A stretch of DNA of 64,000 nt, from positions 1,340 to 65,339 of the forward strand of contig JBDRJV010000010.1 in the NCBI GenBank assembly GCA_043814605.1, in the 5' to 3' direction. Each line of letters opens with the position of its first letter. Position 1 is the first letter of the stretch. This stretch comes from Candidatus Omnitrophota bacterium. GTDB lineage: Bacteria > Omnitrophota > Gorgyraeia > B26-G9. Shown here piece after piece: positions 1 through 9,552 of the stretch. The translations under genes were made by a program, and so were the position numbers. The notes beneath the pieces are model-generated. The model did no database searches, had not been told where the DNA came from, and was given only the letters and a program-made list of their open reading frames with translations.

Positions 1-113
1 AGGCGGATAAAGATACTCAGTTAGGTTCAGTCGTGCGGGTTTGGGATATTTGCCGCAAAGTAGGGATATCTCAAATTAATATTGCTACTTTGCAGGAAGT
101 AAAATAAACTAAA

Positions 114-770
114 ATGGAGGGAAAGAATATTTTTGGGATTGCTTTATCTTGTTCTGTCCTCTGGCATCTTTTAAGTGTACAGGCAGTTAATATTGTTTGG
201 CCGGATAAACTTATTTCTCATAACTTTACGGCAATTAACTTTTTAGGTGAAATTTTAGAAAAGTCAGAATATACACAGGCAGATTTAAATAAATTAAATT
301 CTTTGCAAAAAAATGTTAAAACAGAAGAAAAATTAATACCTAACGCCAAGCCAGAAGAGATATTATTTAATACAGAACGCAGACAATTAAAAAAAGAGTC
401 GTTGCCTTTATCCGAACTTTCCCAAAAAAGCGTGCCAGAAATTGTTTTTGACATTACTGATAATAAGCAGTTTTTAGTACTGGAAAAAATAGATGATAAG
501 AACAAAAGAAGTGTTTTGTTTAAACCGGAATTGCCGGAATACCCGGATTGGGCAAAAGAATGGGGTCATTACTTTGAGGTTGAATTAAAATTTTTGATTT
601 TACCCGATGGAACTGTGGCAAATGTGGAAAAAAATACATCTAGCGGGTATCCGGAGTTAGATGAAATTGGAGTTAGATATATAAGAAAATGGAAATTTGT
701 ACCGCTTTTGATCGATCAGACTCAAGCCGAACAATGGGGAACAATTAAATTGGTTTTTAAACTCCAATGA
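114..770 (+). CDS. TonB C-terminal domain protein (energy transducer TonB-like)
   Basis: C-terminal region YPDWAKEWGHYFEV...ILPDGTV...RKWKFVP resembles the TonB_C fold motif. There is an N-terminal hydrophobic anchor. Confidence 0.45.
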   Translation: MEGKNIFGIALSCSVLWHLLSVQAVNIVWPDKLISHNFTAINFLGEILEKSEYTQADLNKLNSLQKNVKTEEKLIPNAKPEEILFNTERRQLKKESLPLSELSQKSVPEIVFDITDNKQFLVLEKIDDKNKRSVLFKPELPEYPDWAKEWGHYFEVELKFLILPDGTVANVEKNTSSGYPELDEIGVRYIRKWKFVPLLIDQTQAEQWGTIKLVFKLQ

Positions 771-1009
771 TTAATTTAGAAATTGCACAGGCAATTGCTT
801 TTTATTTATTATTCTTTATCGTATTTTTTCTCGGGGGGTATTCTTTTTTTTATCTTAAGAGAACGCAGGATAAATTACATTGTAAAGAATACAAATTATG
901 GAAATGTTCTATTTGTACTTTTGTTTATTCGAGTGTTTTTGCCAGTAAAATGACCGTTTGTCCGCGTTGCGGCAGTTATAATAAAAAAGAAGAAGACGAA
1001 ACAGCTTAA
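767..1009 (+). CDS. small membrane protein with C-terminal zinc-ribbon (CxxC...CxxC)
   Basis: Has a TM helix followed by a CSIC...CPRCGS cysteine pattern. It overlaps the stop of the upstream gene (ATGA). Confidence 0.4.
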   Translation: MINLEIAQAIAFYLLFFIVFFLGGYSFFYLKRTQDKLHCKEYKLWKCSICTFVYSSVFASKMTVCPRCGSYNKKEEDETA

Positions 1010-1085
1010 GCGTGATCAGGTTTTAATGAATTTAGACGGGCTAAACAAGATCAATGTAAGATAAAATTAGTAAGGCAATATTTAT

Positions 1086-1409
1086 ATGATAAAAGCAAAT
1101 ACAGAGGTTGTTATCTTGATAACGGCTAGTTCTGCGGATGAGGCAAACATGTTAGCTGAAAAGCTGGTTGAGTTAAAATTAGCGGCTTGTGTGAATACAA
1201 CAAAAGTAAATTCTTTATTCCATTGGCAGGGGAAAATTGATAAAGCCGAGGAAACTCTTTTAATTGTAAAATCAAAATCAGAATTACTAGAAGAACTAGA
1301 AACAATTGTAAAAAAATATCACAGTTACGAGGTTCCGGAAATTATTGCTTTGCCGATTGTGGCGGCCAGTAATAACTATCTTAAGTGGATAAATAATTCT
1401 GTTAAATAA
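1086..1409 (+). CDS. cutA: divalent-cation tolerance protein CutA
   Basis: 107 aa, with a CutA1-like sequence throughout (VVILITASSADEANMLAEKLVELKLAACVN...HSYEVPEIIALPI). Confidence 0.65.
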   Translation: MIKANTEVVILITASSADEANMLAEKLVELKLAACVNTTKVNSLFHWQGKIDKAEETLLIVKSKSELLEELETIVKKYHSYEVPEIIALPIVAASNNYLKWINNSVK

Positions 1410-1441
1410 GAATAATGAAAGTAAACATGCGTATTTTTAAA

Positions 1442-1472
1442 ATGGGGCACGAATTTTTGTGCCCCATTTAAA
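1442..1472 (+). terminator. intrinsic terminator after cutA
   Basis: GC hairpin TGGGGCAC-loop-GTGCCCCA followed by a T-rich tract. Confidence 0.5.
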
Positions 1473-1508
1473 TTTAAATCACTTTTAGTTTATGTTATAA
1501 TACATACT

Positions 1509-2108
1509 ATGAAAAAAGGATTTACACTCCTAGAATTGTTGATTGGTATTGCAATTTTTGCAATTATTGCTGCTTGTGTATATTCAAGTTTATATTTAGG
1601 ACTTAAGGTTTTTAAGCAAGAAGAAAGCCGGGATGAACTTATGCAGCAAGCAATGCTGACCTTAGATAAATTAGCTAAAGATTTGCGTTGTGCATTTATC
1701 AACCCCAATAATGAACAAATAAAATTTATTGGTACAGATGCTAAAATTGACTTTTTTATTGTAAGTCCGGAATTAGATATTGAAAATACAGTTTTTTATT
1801 TAGAAGAAAATGAGGATTCAGATGTATTTTCATTGTTAATGTCAAAAACTAAGGTCCGGTATTTCGAGGGGGATGCAGAGGGAAAAAGTAAAATTAGTGT
1901 TATTAATAGAAGTATTAAAGAATTTAAATTAGCTTACTATGATCATGAAACTAAAGAGTGGTATGAGAACTGGCCTAGAGAACTGGAATTACCTAAATTA
2001 ATAAAAATTAAAATCAGTTTTGCCCAGAACTCAAATCAAGAAAATTTTTTAGATTTAGTTAAATATGTAGCTGTGCCAATTGCTCAAACTTTAGAATTTA
2101 CACGATAA
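1509..2108 (+). CDS. prepilin-type N-terminal cleavage/methylation domain pseudopilin
   Basis: N-terminus KKGFTLLELLIGIAIFAIIA is the class III signal peptide of type IV pilins/T2SS pseudopilins. Confidence 0.75.
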   Translation: MKKGFTLLELLIGIAIFAIIAACVYSSLYLGLKVFKQEESRDELMQQAMLTLDKLAKDLRCAFINPNNEQIKFIGTDAKIDFFIVSPELDIENTVFYLEENEDSDVFSLLMSKTKVRYFEGDAEGKSKISVINRSIKEFKLAYYDHETKEWYENWPRELELPKLIKIKISFAQNSNQENFLDLVKYVAVPIAQTLEFTR

Positions 2109-2169
2109 AATAGTTTTATGCATCTAAAAAAAAATAATTAGGTTTTGTTAAATTTTAAGAGGATTTATT

Positions 2170-3024
2170 TTGAACAGTTTTACAGATTATAATAGTAATA
2201 GCTCAAAAAAAGGGATAATTCTCGCTTTAGTATTATGGATATTATTTTTTCTTTCAGTTACGGTTCTGACTTTAAGTTTTCGCAATAGACTTAGTATTAA
2301 ACTGCGTAGTTTATATAATCAACAAATGCAAATGCATTATTTGGCTAAAGAAGGAATTAATCGGGCAATTATAAAACTAGCTCAGGATGATAATAATTTT
2401 GATTCCCGCAGCGAAGTTTGGGCCGAAGATTTTACTTTACAAAAAGAGCAAGGATTGTTATTGTGCAAAGTAGTAGATGAAGATAGATTTATAAATATTA
2501 ATACAGCCACTGAGGAAATGCTGGAAAATATACAGCTTATATTTCCTCAAATTAGTTTGCAGAACATTGAAAAACTTATTAAAAACCGCCCTTTTAATAT
2601 AAACGGGGAAATTAAAGCAATTATTAATCAAGATAAGGAAGATTTTAATTTAATTCAACCTCAAACAACAAGTATTGAGGATTTGGTAACAACTTTTTCT
2701 GATGGAAGGATAAATATTAATACAGCACCCCGGGAAGTGTTATTGATGATTCCTGGAATCAAAGAAATTACGGTGGATACAATTATTAATCATAGAGATA
2801 TTGAGGCTTTTATCGCTAATGAAACTCTTTCAGAAGATCTCTCTTTGCTGGGATTAAGTGCAGCTCAGGTGAGCGCATTAATTAAATACGTAAAGGTTGA
2901 TTCTGCGGTTTTCCGTATTGCCGCACAGGCTGTTTCAAAGACAAAGAATATTTCAAAGAATATAAATTTAGTATTACAACGTAAAGACCATAAGTTTAAA
3001 ATGTTGATGTTTCAGGAGAATTAA
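2170..3024 (+). CDS. GspK/PilX-like minor pseudopilin with tandem helix-hairpin-helix motifs
   Basis: TTG start and N-terminal TM. Carries two ININTA(T/P)xExL HhH repeats typical of GspK. Confidence 0.5.
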   Translation: MNSFTDYNSNSSKKGIILALVLWILFFLSVTVLTLSFRNRLSIKLRSLYNQQMQMHYLAKEGINRAIIKLAQDDNNFDSRSEVWAEDFTLQKEQGLLLCKVVDEDRFININTATEEMLENIQLIFPQISLQNIEKLIKNRPFNINGEIKAIINQDKEDFNLIQPQTTSIEDLVTTFSDGRININTAPREVLLMIPGIKEITVDTIINHRDIEAFIANETLSEDLSLLGLSAAQVSALIKYVKVDSAVFRIAAQAVSKTKNISKNINLVLQRKDHKFKMLMFQEN

Positions 3025-3026
3025 CA

Positions 3027-4376
3027 TTGTTAAAAACAATCAGTTATATTACTAAACAAAACTTTAAAATAGTACTTTTTAATATTACCACTGATTCTCT
3101 GCAGGTGGTTAAAGAAAAAAGTTTTGCTTTAAAAAACGGGATGATTGATTTTATTCCCATCATTGATTTTCTTAAAAAAGAAGGATTGCTGAATGTGCAC
3201 ATTGTTAGTTGCCTTTTCCGCTATCAAGTGGGGGCCCGGTTTTTTTCTTTTCCTTCCCCGGATGAAAAAGAAATTGCGAAAATGGTTAATTTTGAATCGG
3301 CTGAGCTCCTGCCGCTTAAGCCTGAGGAAATCGTGATGCGCTATAGCGTGCTTAATAAAAACAATAGCGGTTATTCCGATACTTTTGTTGTCGTTGTGCC
3401 AAAAGAAGAGGTGCGCCAATTTGTCGAAAAATTTCAAAAAACACAATTAGATATTGATATTTTAAGTTTAAGCAGTTTGGCAATTTTTAATTGTGTAAAA
3501 AAAGTAGCGGAAAGCAAAAATGGAATCGGTTTAAAAAACAATACGATGGTTGTTTATTTTGAGGATAATATTATAGAGGTTATTATTATAAAAAATAAGA
3601 AATTAGAATTCAGCCGCGGCTTCCTTGTTAACGATAATAAAAATTTTTTTCAAGTTTTAATCAGTGAAATTAGACACAGCATTGAATTATTTTTTAGTAA
3701 CCTGGAATTAAAAAAATTGGAAAAAATTATTGTTTGCGGGGTAAATATTGATTTAAAAAAGATTGCGGATACATTAGCAGCTATTTTTGAGATCCCGGTA
3801 TCGGTCAATCAAAAAATTAATATTGCTTACGGATTAGCTTTAGATGATGAAAATCGAATTAATTTATTAAGTGATGAAATTATAGCGAAAAAAATTAAAG
3901 AAAAATTAAAGAAAAAATTAATAATTTGCGGACTTATTTTACTGGTCAATATGATTTTAGCAGCCGCTGTGTTTTTTGTTTCATTAAATAATAAAAAGGC
4001 ATATATGGCCAAAATGGATGAAGAAATTCTAAAATTAAGGCCGCAAGCGCAGGAGATACAGAATAAAATTCAAAAATTAGAAATGGTAGAAATGCAGCTG
4101 AGTTCTCAGGCCTTAATCCTTAATGCTATTACCGATCTGGCTAATGTAACTTCGAGTGCTTGTACTTTAAACATGCTTTCGATTAATGAACAGGGGCAGC
4201 TTCTGGTGCGCGGACAAACAAAAAATTTGCAGGATGTTTTAGATTTTGTCAGTGCAATAGAAAAATCTGCGCATTTTAAAAATAGTCATCTTAATTATTC
4301 CAGCCGAAGAAAAATTAAAAATCAAGAGGTTATTGATTTTGAGATTCAAGCTGATCTAGATGAAAACCCGAATTAA
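3027..4376 (+). CDS. PilM-like (actin-fold) pilus assembly protein fused to PilN/GspL-like TM coiled-coil segment
   Basis: 449 aa. The N-terminal roughly 300 aa are PilM-like. Residues about 300-320 form a TM helix (LIICGLILLVNMILAAAVFFV), followed by coiled-coil. Confidence 0.45.
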   Translation: MLKTISYITKQNFKIVLFNITTDSLQVVKEKSFALKNGMIDFIPIIDFLKKEGLLNVHIVSCLFRYQVGARFFSFPSPDEKEIAKMVNFESAELLPLKPEEIVMRYSVLNKNNSGYSDTFVVVVPKEEVRQFVEKFQKTQLDIDILSLSSLAIFNCVKKVAESKNGIGLKNNTMVVYFEDNIIEVIIIKNKKLEFSRGFLVNDNKNFFQVLISEIRHSIELFFSNLELKKLEKIIVCGVNIDLKKIADTLAAIFEIPVSVNQKINIAYGLALDDENRINLLSDEIIAKKIKEKLKKKLIICGLILLVNMILAAAVFFVSLNNKKAYMAKMDEEILKLRPQAQEIQNKIQKLEMVEMQLSSQALILNAITDLANVTSSACTLNMLSINEQGQLLVRGQTKNLQDVLDFVSAIEKSAHFKNSHLNYSSRRKIKNQEVIDFEIQADLDENPN

Positions 4377-4381
4377 ACCGC

Positions 4382-4933
4382 ATGCAGATCATTACAGGTT
4401 TTTTAAAAAGCCGCACAATAAAAATCCCTAAATCAAAACTTATCCGGCCTACTTCAGGTAAAGTTAGAAAAGCGATATTTGATATTTTAGGTGATTTTAT
4501 TATCAAAAAAAATGTATTGGATTTATTTAGCGGCAGTGGAGCGTTAGGGCTTGAAGCATTAAGCAGCGGGGCTGAAAGTGTGACTTTTGTGGAAAAAAAT
4601 CAGTTTTTTGTGAAAGTGATTAAAGAAAATGCCAAAAATTTAGTTTTAGGCAAAAATACGCAGGTTTTTGGATGTGATGTATTTGAGGCACTTAATATAT
4701 TAGCAAGAAAAAAAATAAGTTTTGAAATAATTTTTATCGACCCGCCTTACTATCGAGATTTGGCAAAAAAATGCTTGCTCGAAATCAGCAAGTATGATAT
4801 AGTACATCCACTTGGAATCGTAGTGGCAGAACACCATAAAAAAGATGAATTGCCGGAAAACTGTAATTCGCTAACACGTTGGAAATACAAAAAATATGGA
4901 GATACTTTTGTCTCTTTTTATTCCTACTCATAG
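4382..4933 (+). CDS. rsmD: 16S rRNA (guanine966-N2)-methyltransferase RsmD
   Basis: Motif LDLFSGSGALGLEALSSGA and a DPPY motif (N6/N2-MTase), over 183 aa. Confidence 0.75.
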   Translation: MQIITGFLKSRTIKIPKSKLIRPTSGKVRKAIFDILGDFIIKKNVLDLFSGSGALGLEALSSGAESVTFVEKNQFFVKVIKENAKNLVLGKNTQVFGCDVFEALNILARKKISFEIIFIDPPYYRDLAKKCLLEISKYDIVHPLGIVVAEHHKKDELPENCNSLTRWKYKKYGDTFVSFYSYS

Positions 4934-5059
4934 CCACAGAAAATATATTTAAGCTGAATTTATCTAATTTTATGAAGAATTGAATTTTTCTTGAGGGCAG
5001 GTATTTAAAAGTAATTATTTAATAATATTATTCAGCTTAAAATCAGGGAGGGTTTTTTT

Positions 5060-5545
5060 TTGAAAAAACGTGCAGTTTACCCGGGAACTTTTGATCCCGT
5101 AACATACGGGCATATTGATTTAATTAAAAGAGCGGTTAAAATTTTTGATGAAGTTATCGTCTCAGTTGTGGATAATACGGCTAAAAATACTTTATTTAGC
5201 ACAAAAGAACGCATGGAGATGATAAAAAAAACAACCCAAGGGTTTTCAAAAGTCAAAGTAGAAAGCTTTAATCAATTAATGGTTGATTATGTTCATGAGA
5301 AAAAGATTAATGTGGTTATTCGTGGATTAAGAATGATTTCTGATTTTGAATATGAATTTCAGATGGCTTTGACTAATCGAAAAATTAATAAGAATATCGA
5401 AGTAATATTTATGATGCCTAATGAATCATATTCTTTTGTTTCCAGTAAACTAATAAAAGAAGTAGCGGCTTTAGGCGCAGATCTTTCCGCGTTTGTTCCT
5501 AAATTTGTTGAAAAAAAATTAAAGAAAATATTAAATAATTCTTAA
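5060..5545 (+). CDS. coaD: phosphopantetheine adenylyltransferase
   Basis: AVYPGTFDPVTYGHIDLI is the CoaD signature (T/HxGH). Confidence 0.9.
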   Translation: MKKRAVYPGTFDPVTYGHIDLIKRAVKIFDEVIVSVVDNTAKNTLFSTKERMEMIKKTTQGFSKVKVESFNQLMVDYVHEKKINVVIRGLRMISDFEYEFQMALTNRKINKNIEVIFMMPNESYSFVSSKLIKEVAALGADLSAFVPKFVEKKLKKILNNS

Positions 5546-5569
5546 AGTAAATATTTTATCGGGGGAGTA

Positions 5570-6565
5570 ATGAAAATTTTAAAAAGTATTAAAGCTAGAG
5601 CAAAACAATTGCAAAAAACGATAATTTTACCGGAAGCTAAGGAAAAAAGAATTTTACAGGCGGCGAAGATTATTATTGAGGAGCAGTTAGCCAAGATTAT
5701 TTTGTTAGGGGATAAAAATAATATTGCTGATTTATCCGAAAAAGTGGGATTAGATATTTCCCGGGTAAAAATAATTGAACCGTTAAAAACAGAAGAATTT
5801 GAAAAATTTTCACAGGAGTTTTATGAGTTAAGAAAAGCAAAAGGAATTAGCCTGGAAGATGCCCGAGCAACAATGGGAAATTTTGTTTATTATGCAGCAA
5901 TGATGATTCGTCATGGTTTAGCGGATGGTTTTGTTGCCGGAGCGATTACCACAACTGCAGATGTAGCCAAAGCCGCTATTTATTGTATTGGTTTTGGAGA
6001 AAAAGTGCGTACAATTTCTAGTTCTTTCCTGATTAGTGTTCCGGATTGTACTTATGGTCAAGAAGGGGTTTTTATTTTTGCGGATTGTGGAATTTTGCCG
6101 GATCCATCCGCAATGCAAATGGCAAATATCGCAATGTCGGCAGCGGAACTTTTTAAATTATTAGTTGAAAGTGAACCTCGAGTCGGACTTTTGAGTTTTT
6201 CTACAAAAGGCAGTGCAGAACATGTAATGGTGGAAAAAGTAGTTAAAGCTAAGGAATTAATTAATAATAAGTATCCGGAATTAATTGTGGATGGAGAACT
6301 GCAATTAGATGCGGCTATTGTTCCGGAAATTGCAAAAATTAAAGCTCCGGATAGCCCGGTAGCTGGTTCGGCCAATGTACTGATTTTTCCAGATTTGAAT
6401 GCGGGCAATATTGGGTATAAATTGGTACAGCGGTTAGCAAAAGCTGAGGTTATCGGGCCAATGATGGCTGGTCTTAAGAAACCTTGTTGTGATTTATCCC
6501 GGGGTTGTACTATTGATGAAATTGTTTACGGGGTTTGTACAACAGCGATTAGAGTGCTTGCTTAA
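5570..6565 (+). CDS. pta: phosphate acetyltransferase (Pta/Ptb family)
   Basis: PTA_PTB domain motifs (ADGFVAGA, SRGCT). It is adjacent to the acetate kinase gene. Confidence 0.8.
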   Translation: MKILKSIKARAKQLQKTIILPEAKEKRILQAAKIIIEEQLAKIILLGDKNNIADLSEKVGLDISRVKIIEPLKTEEFEKFSQEFYELRKAKGISLEDARATMGNFVYYAAMMIRHGLADGFVAGAITTTADVAKAAIYCIGFGEKVRTISSSFLISVPDCTYGQEGVFIFADCGILPDPSAMQMANIAMSAAELFKLLVESEPRVGLLSFSTKGSAEHVMVEKVVKAKELINNKYPELIVDGELQLDAAIVPEIAKIKAPDSPVAGSANVLIFPDLNAGNIGYKLVQRLAKAEVIGPMMAGLKKPCCDLSRGCTIDEIVYGVCTTAIRVLA

Positions 6566-6589
6566 ATAAGCATAAAGAATAATAGGCAT

Positions 6590-7735
6590 ATGAATATTTT
6601 AGTTATAAATTGCGGTAGTTCCTCGATTAAATATCAGCTTTTTTGCATGGAAAAATCTGTTAGTTTAGCTTGCGGTATAGCTGAAAAAATAGGCTGTAAA
6701 GATTCCTATCTTGTTTATGAAAAAGCTGGTAAAAAAATCAAATTTAAAATTGATTTACCAGACTATTTTAAAGCAATTGAAAAAATTGCACACTTATTAA
6801 CTGATCCTACCCAGGGGGTATTAAAAAATAAAAATTCAGTCCATGCGGTTGGGCATCGTGTTGTTCACGGAGGAGAAGAGTTTAAATCTTCCGTGATAAT
6901 TAATAAAAAAGTTTTAAAAAAAATAAAATTTTATTCTAAACTTGCGCCTTTACATAACCCCCCGGCTTATAATGGTATTAAAGCAACAATAAAAATTTTT
7001 CCGCAGATTAGACAAGTGGCGGTGTTTGATACCGCTTTTCATCAGACAATGCCCGAGCACGCATTTATCTACGGACTGCCGTTAAATTTGTATAAAAAAT
7101 ATTGCATTCGTCGTTACGGATTTCATGGAACAAGTCATCGTTATGTTGCTTGTGCTGCCGCAAAATTGTTAAAAAAACCTTTAAGTAAATTAAAATTAAT
7201 TACTTGCCATTTAGGTAATGGCTGCAGTATCACAGCGGTAAAAAATGGGTTTTCTGTTGATACCAGTATGGGATTTACGCCTTTGGAAGGATTAGTTATG
7301 GGAACACGTTGCGGAGATATTGATCCGGCATTAGTTTGTTATATTATGGAGAAAGAAAAGTTGGGAATTGACGAAGTTAATGAGTTGATGAATAATAAAA
7401 GCGGACTGATCGGATTATCCGGTATTAGTAATGATATGCGTGATTTACTCTTTGCCGCTAAGGGAGGGAATAAAAGAGCAAAGTTAGCAATTGATATTTT
7501 TATTTATAAAGTAAAGAAATATATTGGTGCTTATATTGCCGCAATGAATGGGGCGGATGCGGTCATTTTAACGGCAGGGATAGGTGAAAACGTTTTAATA
7601 ATTGAAAAACGGTTAAGAAAAGAATTGAGTAATATTTTTAAAAATAAGGTTAAACTATTGAGAATTCATACACAGGAAGAAAAATTGATTGCTATGGATA
7701 CTTTTGATATTATCAATAAGTTAAAGAAAAAATGA
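6590..7735 (+). CDS. ackA: acetate (or butyrate) kinase
   Basis: N-terminal ILVINCGSSSIKYQLF plus VGHRVVHGG and FHGTSH motifs of the acetokinase family. Confidence 0.8.
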   Translation: MNILVINCGSSSIKYQLFCMEKSVSLACGIAEKIGCKDSYLVYEKAGKKIKFKIDLPDYFKAIEKIAHLLTDPTQGVLKNKNSVHAVGHRVVHGGEEFKSSVIINKKVLKKIKFYSKLAPLHNPPAYNGIKATIKIFPQIRQVAVFDTAFHQTMPEHAFIYGLPLNLYKKYCIRRYGFHGTSHRYVACAAAKLLKKPLSKLKLITCHLGNGCSITAVKNGFSVDTSMGFTPLEGLVMGTRCGDIDPALVCYIMEKEKLGIDEVNELMNNKSGLIGLSGISNDMRDLLFAAKGGNKRAKLAIDIFIYKVKKYIGAYIAAMNGADAVILTAGIGENVLIIEKRLRKELSNIFKNKVKLLRIHTQEEKLIAMDTFDIINKLKKK

Positions 7736-8175
7736 AGATAAATTTAAATGAAATTCCTAAGGATGGGATAGTATTAAAAGAAACGAAGGCTGCCCCGGAT
7801 TTGGATATTGAGCGAGATGATTTTGAATTTTACGGTCCGGTTACAATTATTTCTGATATTAATCGAGACCATGATAATGTACAGATTTTGATTAATATTG
7901 AAGGAGAAATAAGGTTTACTTGTGCGCGTTGTTTAAGTCCGTTACGGCAGATAATAAAAAGGGAAGTAAAAATATTTAAAACTCTAAAAGAAGAAAGATC
8001 TGTTGATTTGACTCAAATTGCCAGAGAAGAAATTATATTAGGGTATCCTTTAAAATTATTGTGTAATGATAAATGTAAAGGCTTGTGTCCAATTTGCGGG
8101 ATTAATTTGAATAAAAGCCAGTGTGATTGTAAACCTCAGGAGATGTCTTCCGGAGGGATAAATATTGATATTTAA
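7732..8175 (+). CDS. yceD: YceD/DUF177 large-subunit-associated protein
   Basis: C-terminal CxxC...CxC cluster. Conserved position upstream of rpmF-plsX. Confidence 0.65.
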   Translation: MKINLNEIPKDGIVLKETKAAPDLDIERDDFEFYGPVTIISDINRDHDNVQILINIEGEIRFTCARCLSPLRQIIKREVKIFKTLKEERSVDLTQIAREEIILGYPLKLLCNDKCKGLCPICGINLNKSQCDCKPQEMSSGGINIDI

Positions 8176-8258
8176 GTAGCAGTTGAGATATATTAAAAAT
8201 TTTATTTTTTGTTTTATAATTTTAAAGATTTAATTTAAGAGTAACTAAGGAGGAAACA

Positions 8259-8453
8259 ATGGCTCATCCAAAAAGAAAACATTCTAAAACAAGACGCGAT
8301 AAGAAAAGAACTCACCAGAAATTAGAAACACCGACAGCATCTATTTGCCCGAGCTGCAAACAACCCAAGCAGCCCCATCGTGTTTGCCCGCATTGCGGTG
8401 AATATAAAGGGAAAAAATATATTGTAAAGAAAGAGAAAAAACCGAAAAAATAA
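8259..8453 (+). CDS. rpmF: 50S ribosomal protein L32
   Basis: MAHPKRKHSKTRRDKKR...CPSC...CPHCG with a strong upstream RBS (AAGGAGG). Confidence 0.9.
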   Translation: MAHPKRKHSKTRRDKKRTHQKLETPTASICPSCKQPKQPHRVCPHCGEYKGKKYIVKKEKKPKK

Positions 8454-8503
8454 ATTGCGAAACTTATAATTTACAAATAATTTTTTAAAAAAGGAAGTAT
8501 TGC

Positions 8504-9502
8504 ATGAAAATAGCAGTAGATGCAATGGGTGGAGATAATGCTCCGGATGTTGTAATTAAGGGAGCCATTGAAGCAGCTAAAGAAATAGATGCTGAAATAA
8601 TTTTGGTAGGCGAAAAGAATATTTTAGAATCAAAATTATCTTCTTATAATAATATCCCCTCAAATATTAGTCTGGCACAGGCAGCGGAAGTGATTGAGAT
8701 GAAAGAACCACCGGCAATAAGTGTCCGCCGAAAAAAAGATTCATCGATTAATGTTGCGGTTAATATGGTTAAAGATAAAAAAGCAGATGCTGTTGTTTCT
8801 GCAGGAAATACAGGAGCTGTTGTTTGTGCGGCAAGTCTATTTTTAAAAATTCTTCCGGGTATCGACAGGCCGGGGATTAGCGTGCTTTTACCGACACTAA
8901 AAGATGTTGTGCAGGTAATTGATATGGGGGCGAATATTGATGCTAAACCCGAACATCTTTTACAATATGGAATTATGGGAAGTATATATAGTAATTTTGT
9001 TCTGAATAAAGATAACCCTACAGTAGGGTTATTAAATATTGGGGAAGAAGAAACAAAGGGGCCTGAATTCGTCAAGGAAACTTTTAAATTACTGGAACAA
9101 AACAAAAATATTAATTTTATTGGTAATGTTGAAGGCCGAGACATTTATATGGGTAATTGTGATGTTATTGTTTGTGACGGGTTTTTAGGAAATGTTGTCT
9201 TAAAAGTATCTGAAGGATTAGCAGATGCAATAAAAGAAATGCTGAAAAGAAATCTTTCTTCTAATTTTATGGTAAGGCTAGGGGCGTTTTTAAGTGCGCC
9301 GGCTTTTAAAACATTAAAAAAAGAAATTGATTATTCTGAATATGGAGGAGCGCCGCTTTTAGGTGTGGATGGAGTTTGTATTATTGCGCATGGCGGCTCG
9401 AGTGCGAATGCTATAAAAAATGCGATTCGTGTTGCTCAAGAATCCCTGTTACAGAAAGTTAACCAGCATATTGTGGAAATAATTTCGGGCAATAAGGACT
9501 GA
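8504..9502 (+). CDS. plsX: phosphate acyltransferase PlsX
   Basis: MKIAVDAMGGDNAP start and conserved PlsX sequence. Sits in fab-cluster synteny. Confidence 0.9.
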   Translation: MKIAVDAMGGDNAPDVVIKGAIEAAKEIDAEIILVGEKNILESKLSSYNNIPSNISLAQAAEVIEMKEPPAISVRRKKDSSINVAVNMVKDKKADAVVSAGNTGAVVCAASLFLKILPGIDRPGISVLLPTLKDVVQVIDMGANIDAKPEHLLQYGIMGSIYSNFVLNKDNPTVGLLNIGEEETKGPEFVKETFKLLEQNKNINFIGNVEGRDIYMGNCDVIVCDGFLGNVVLKVSEGLADAIKEMLKRNLSSNFMVRLGAFLSAPAFKTLKKEIDYSEYGGAPLLGVDGVCIIAHGGSSANAIKNAIRVAQESLLQKVNQHIVEIISGNKD

Positions 9503-9552
9503 CCTTATATTAATAAGTTAATTTAAGAGAAGTTAAGCAGAAAGCTTATAAT

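Noticed and set aside
218-505. Numerous 60-120-aa antisense or embedded ORFs in the track (e.g. 218..505-, 3129..3446-, 5918..6118-, 6058..6408-, 8644..9144-, 10708..10935-, 11311..11505-, 14579..14800+, 15507..15836-, 17580..17834-, 18441..18680-, 29123..29305-, 37366..37584-, 48296..48529-, 49210..49474-, 51458..51664-, 52226..52411-, 53701..54006-, 55149..55517-, 55867..56082-, 57530..57769-, 58070..58426-, 60760..61071-, 61100..61312-, 62739..62936-)
   Set aside because: Each lies entirely within a well-supported CDS on the opposite strand or in another frame. They lack RBSs and have low-complexity composition, so they are spurious.
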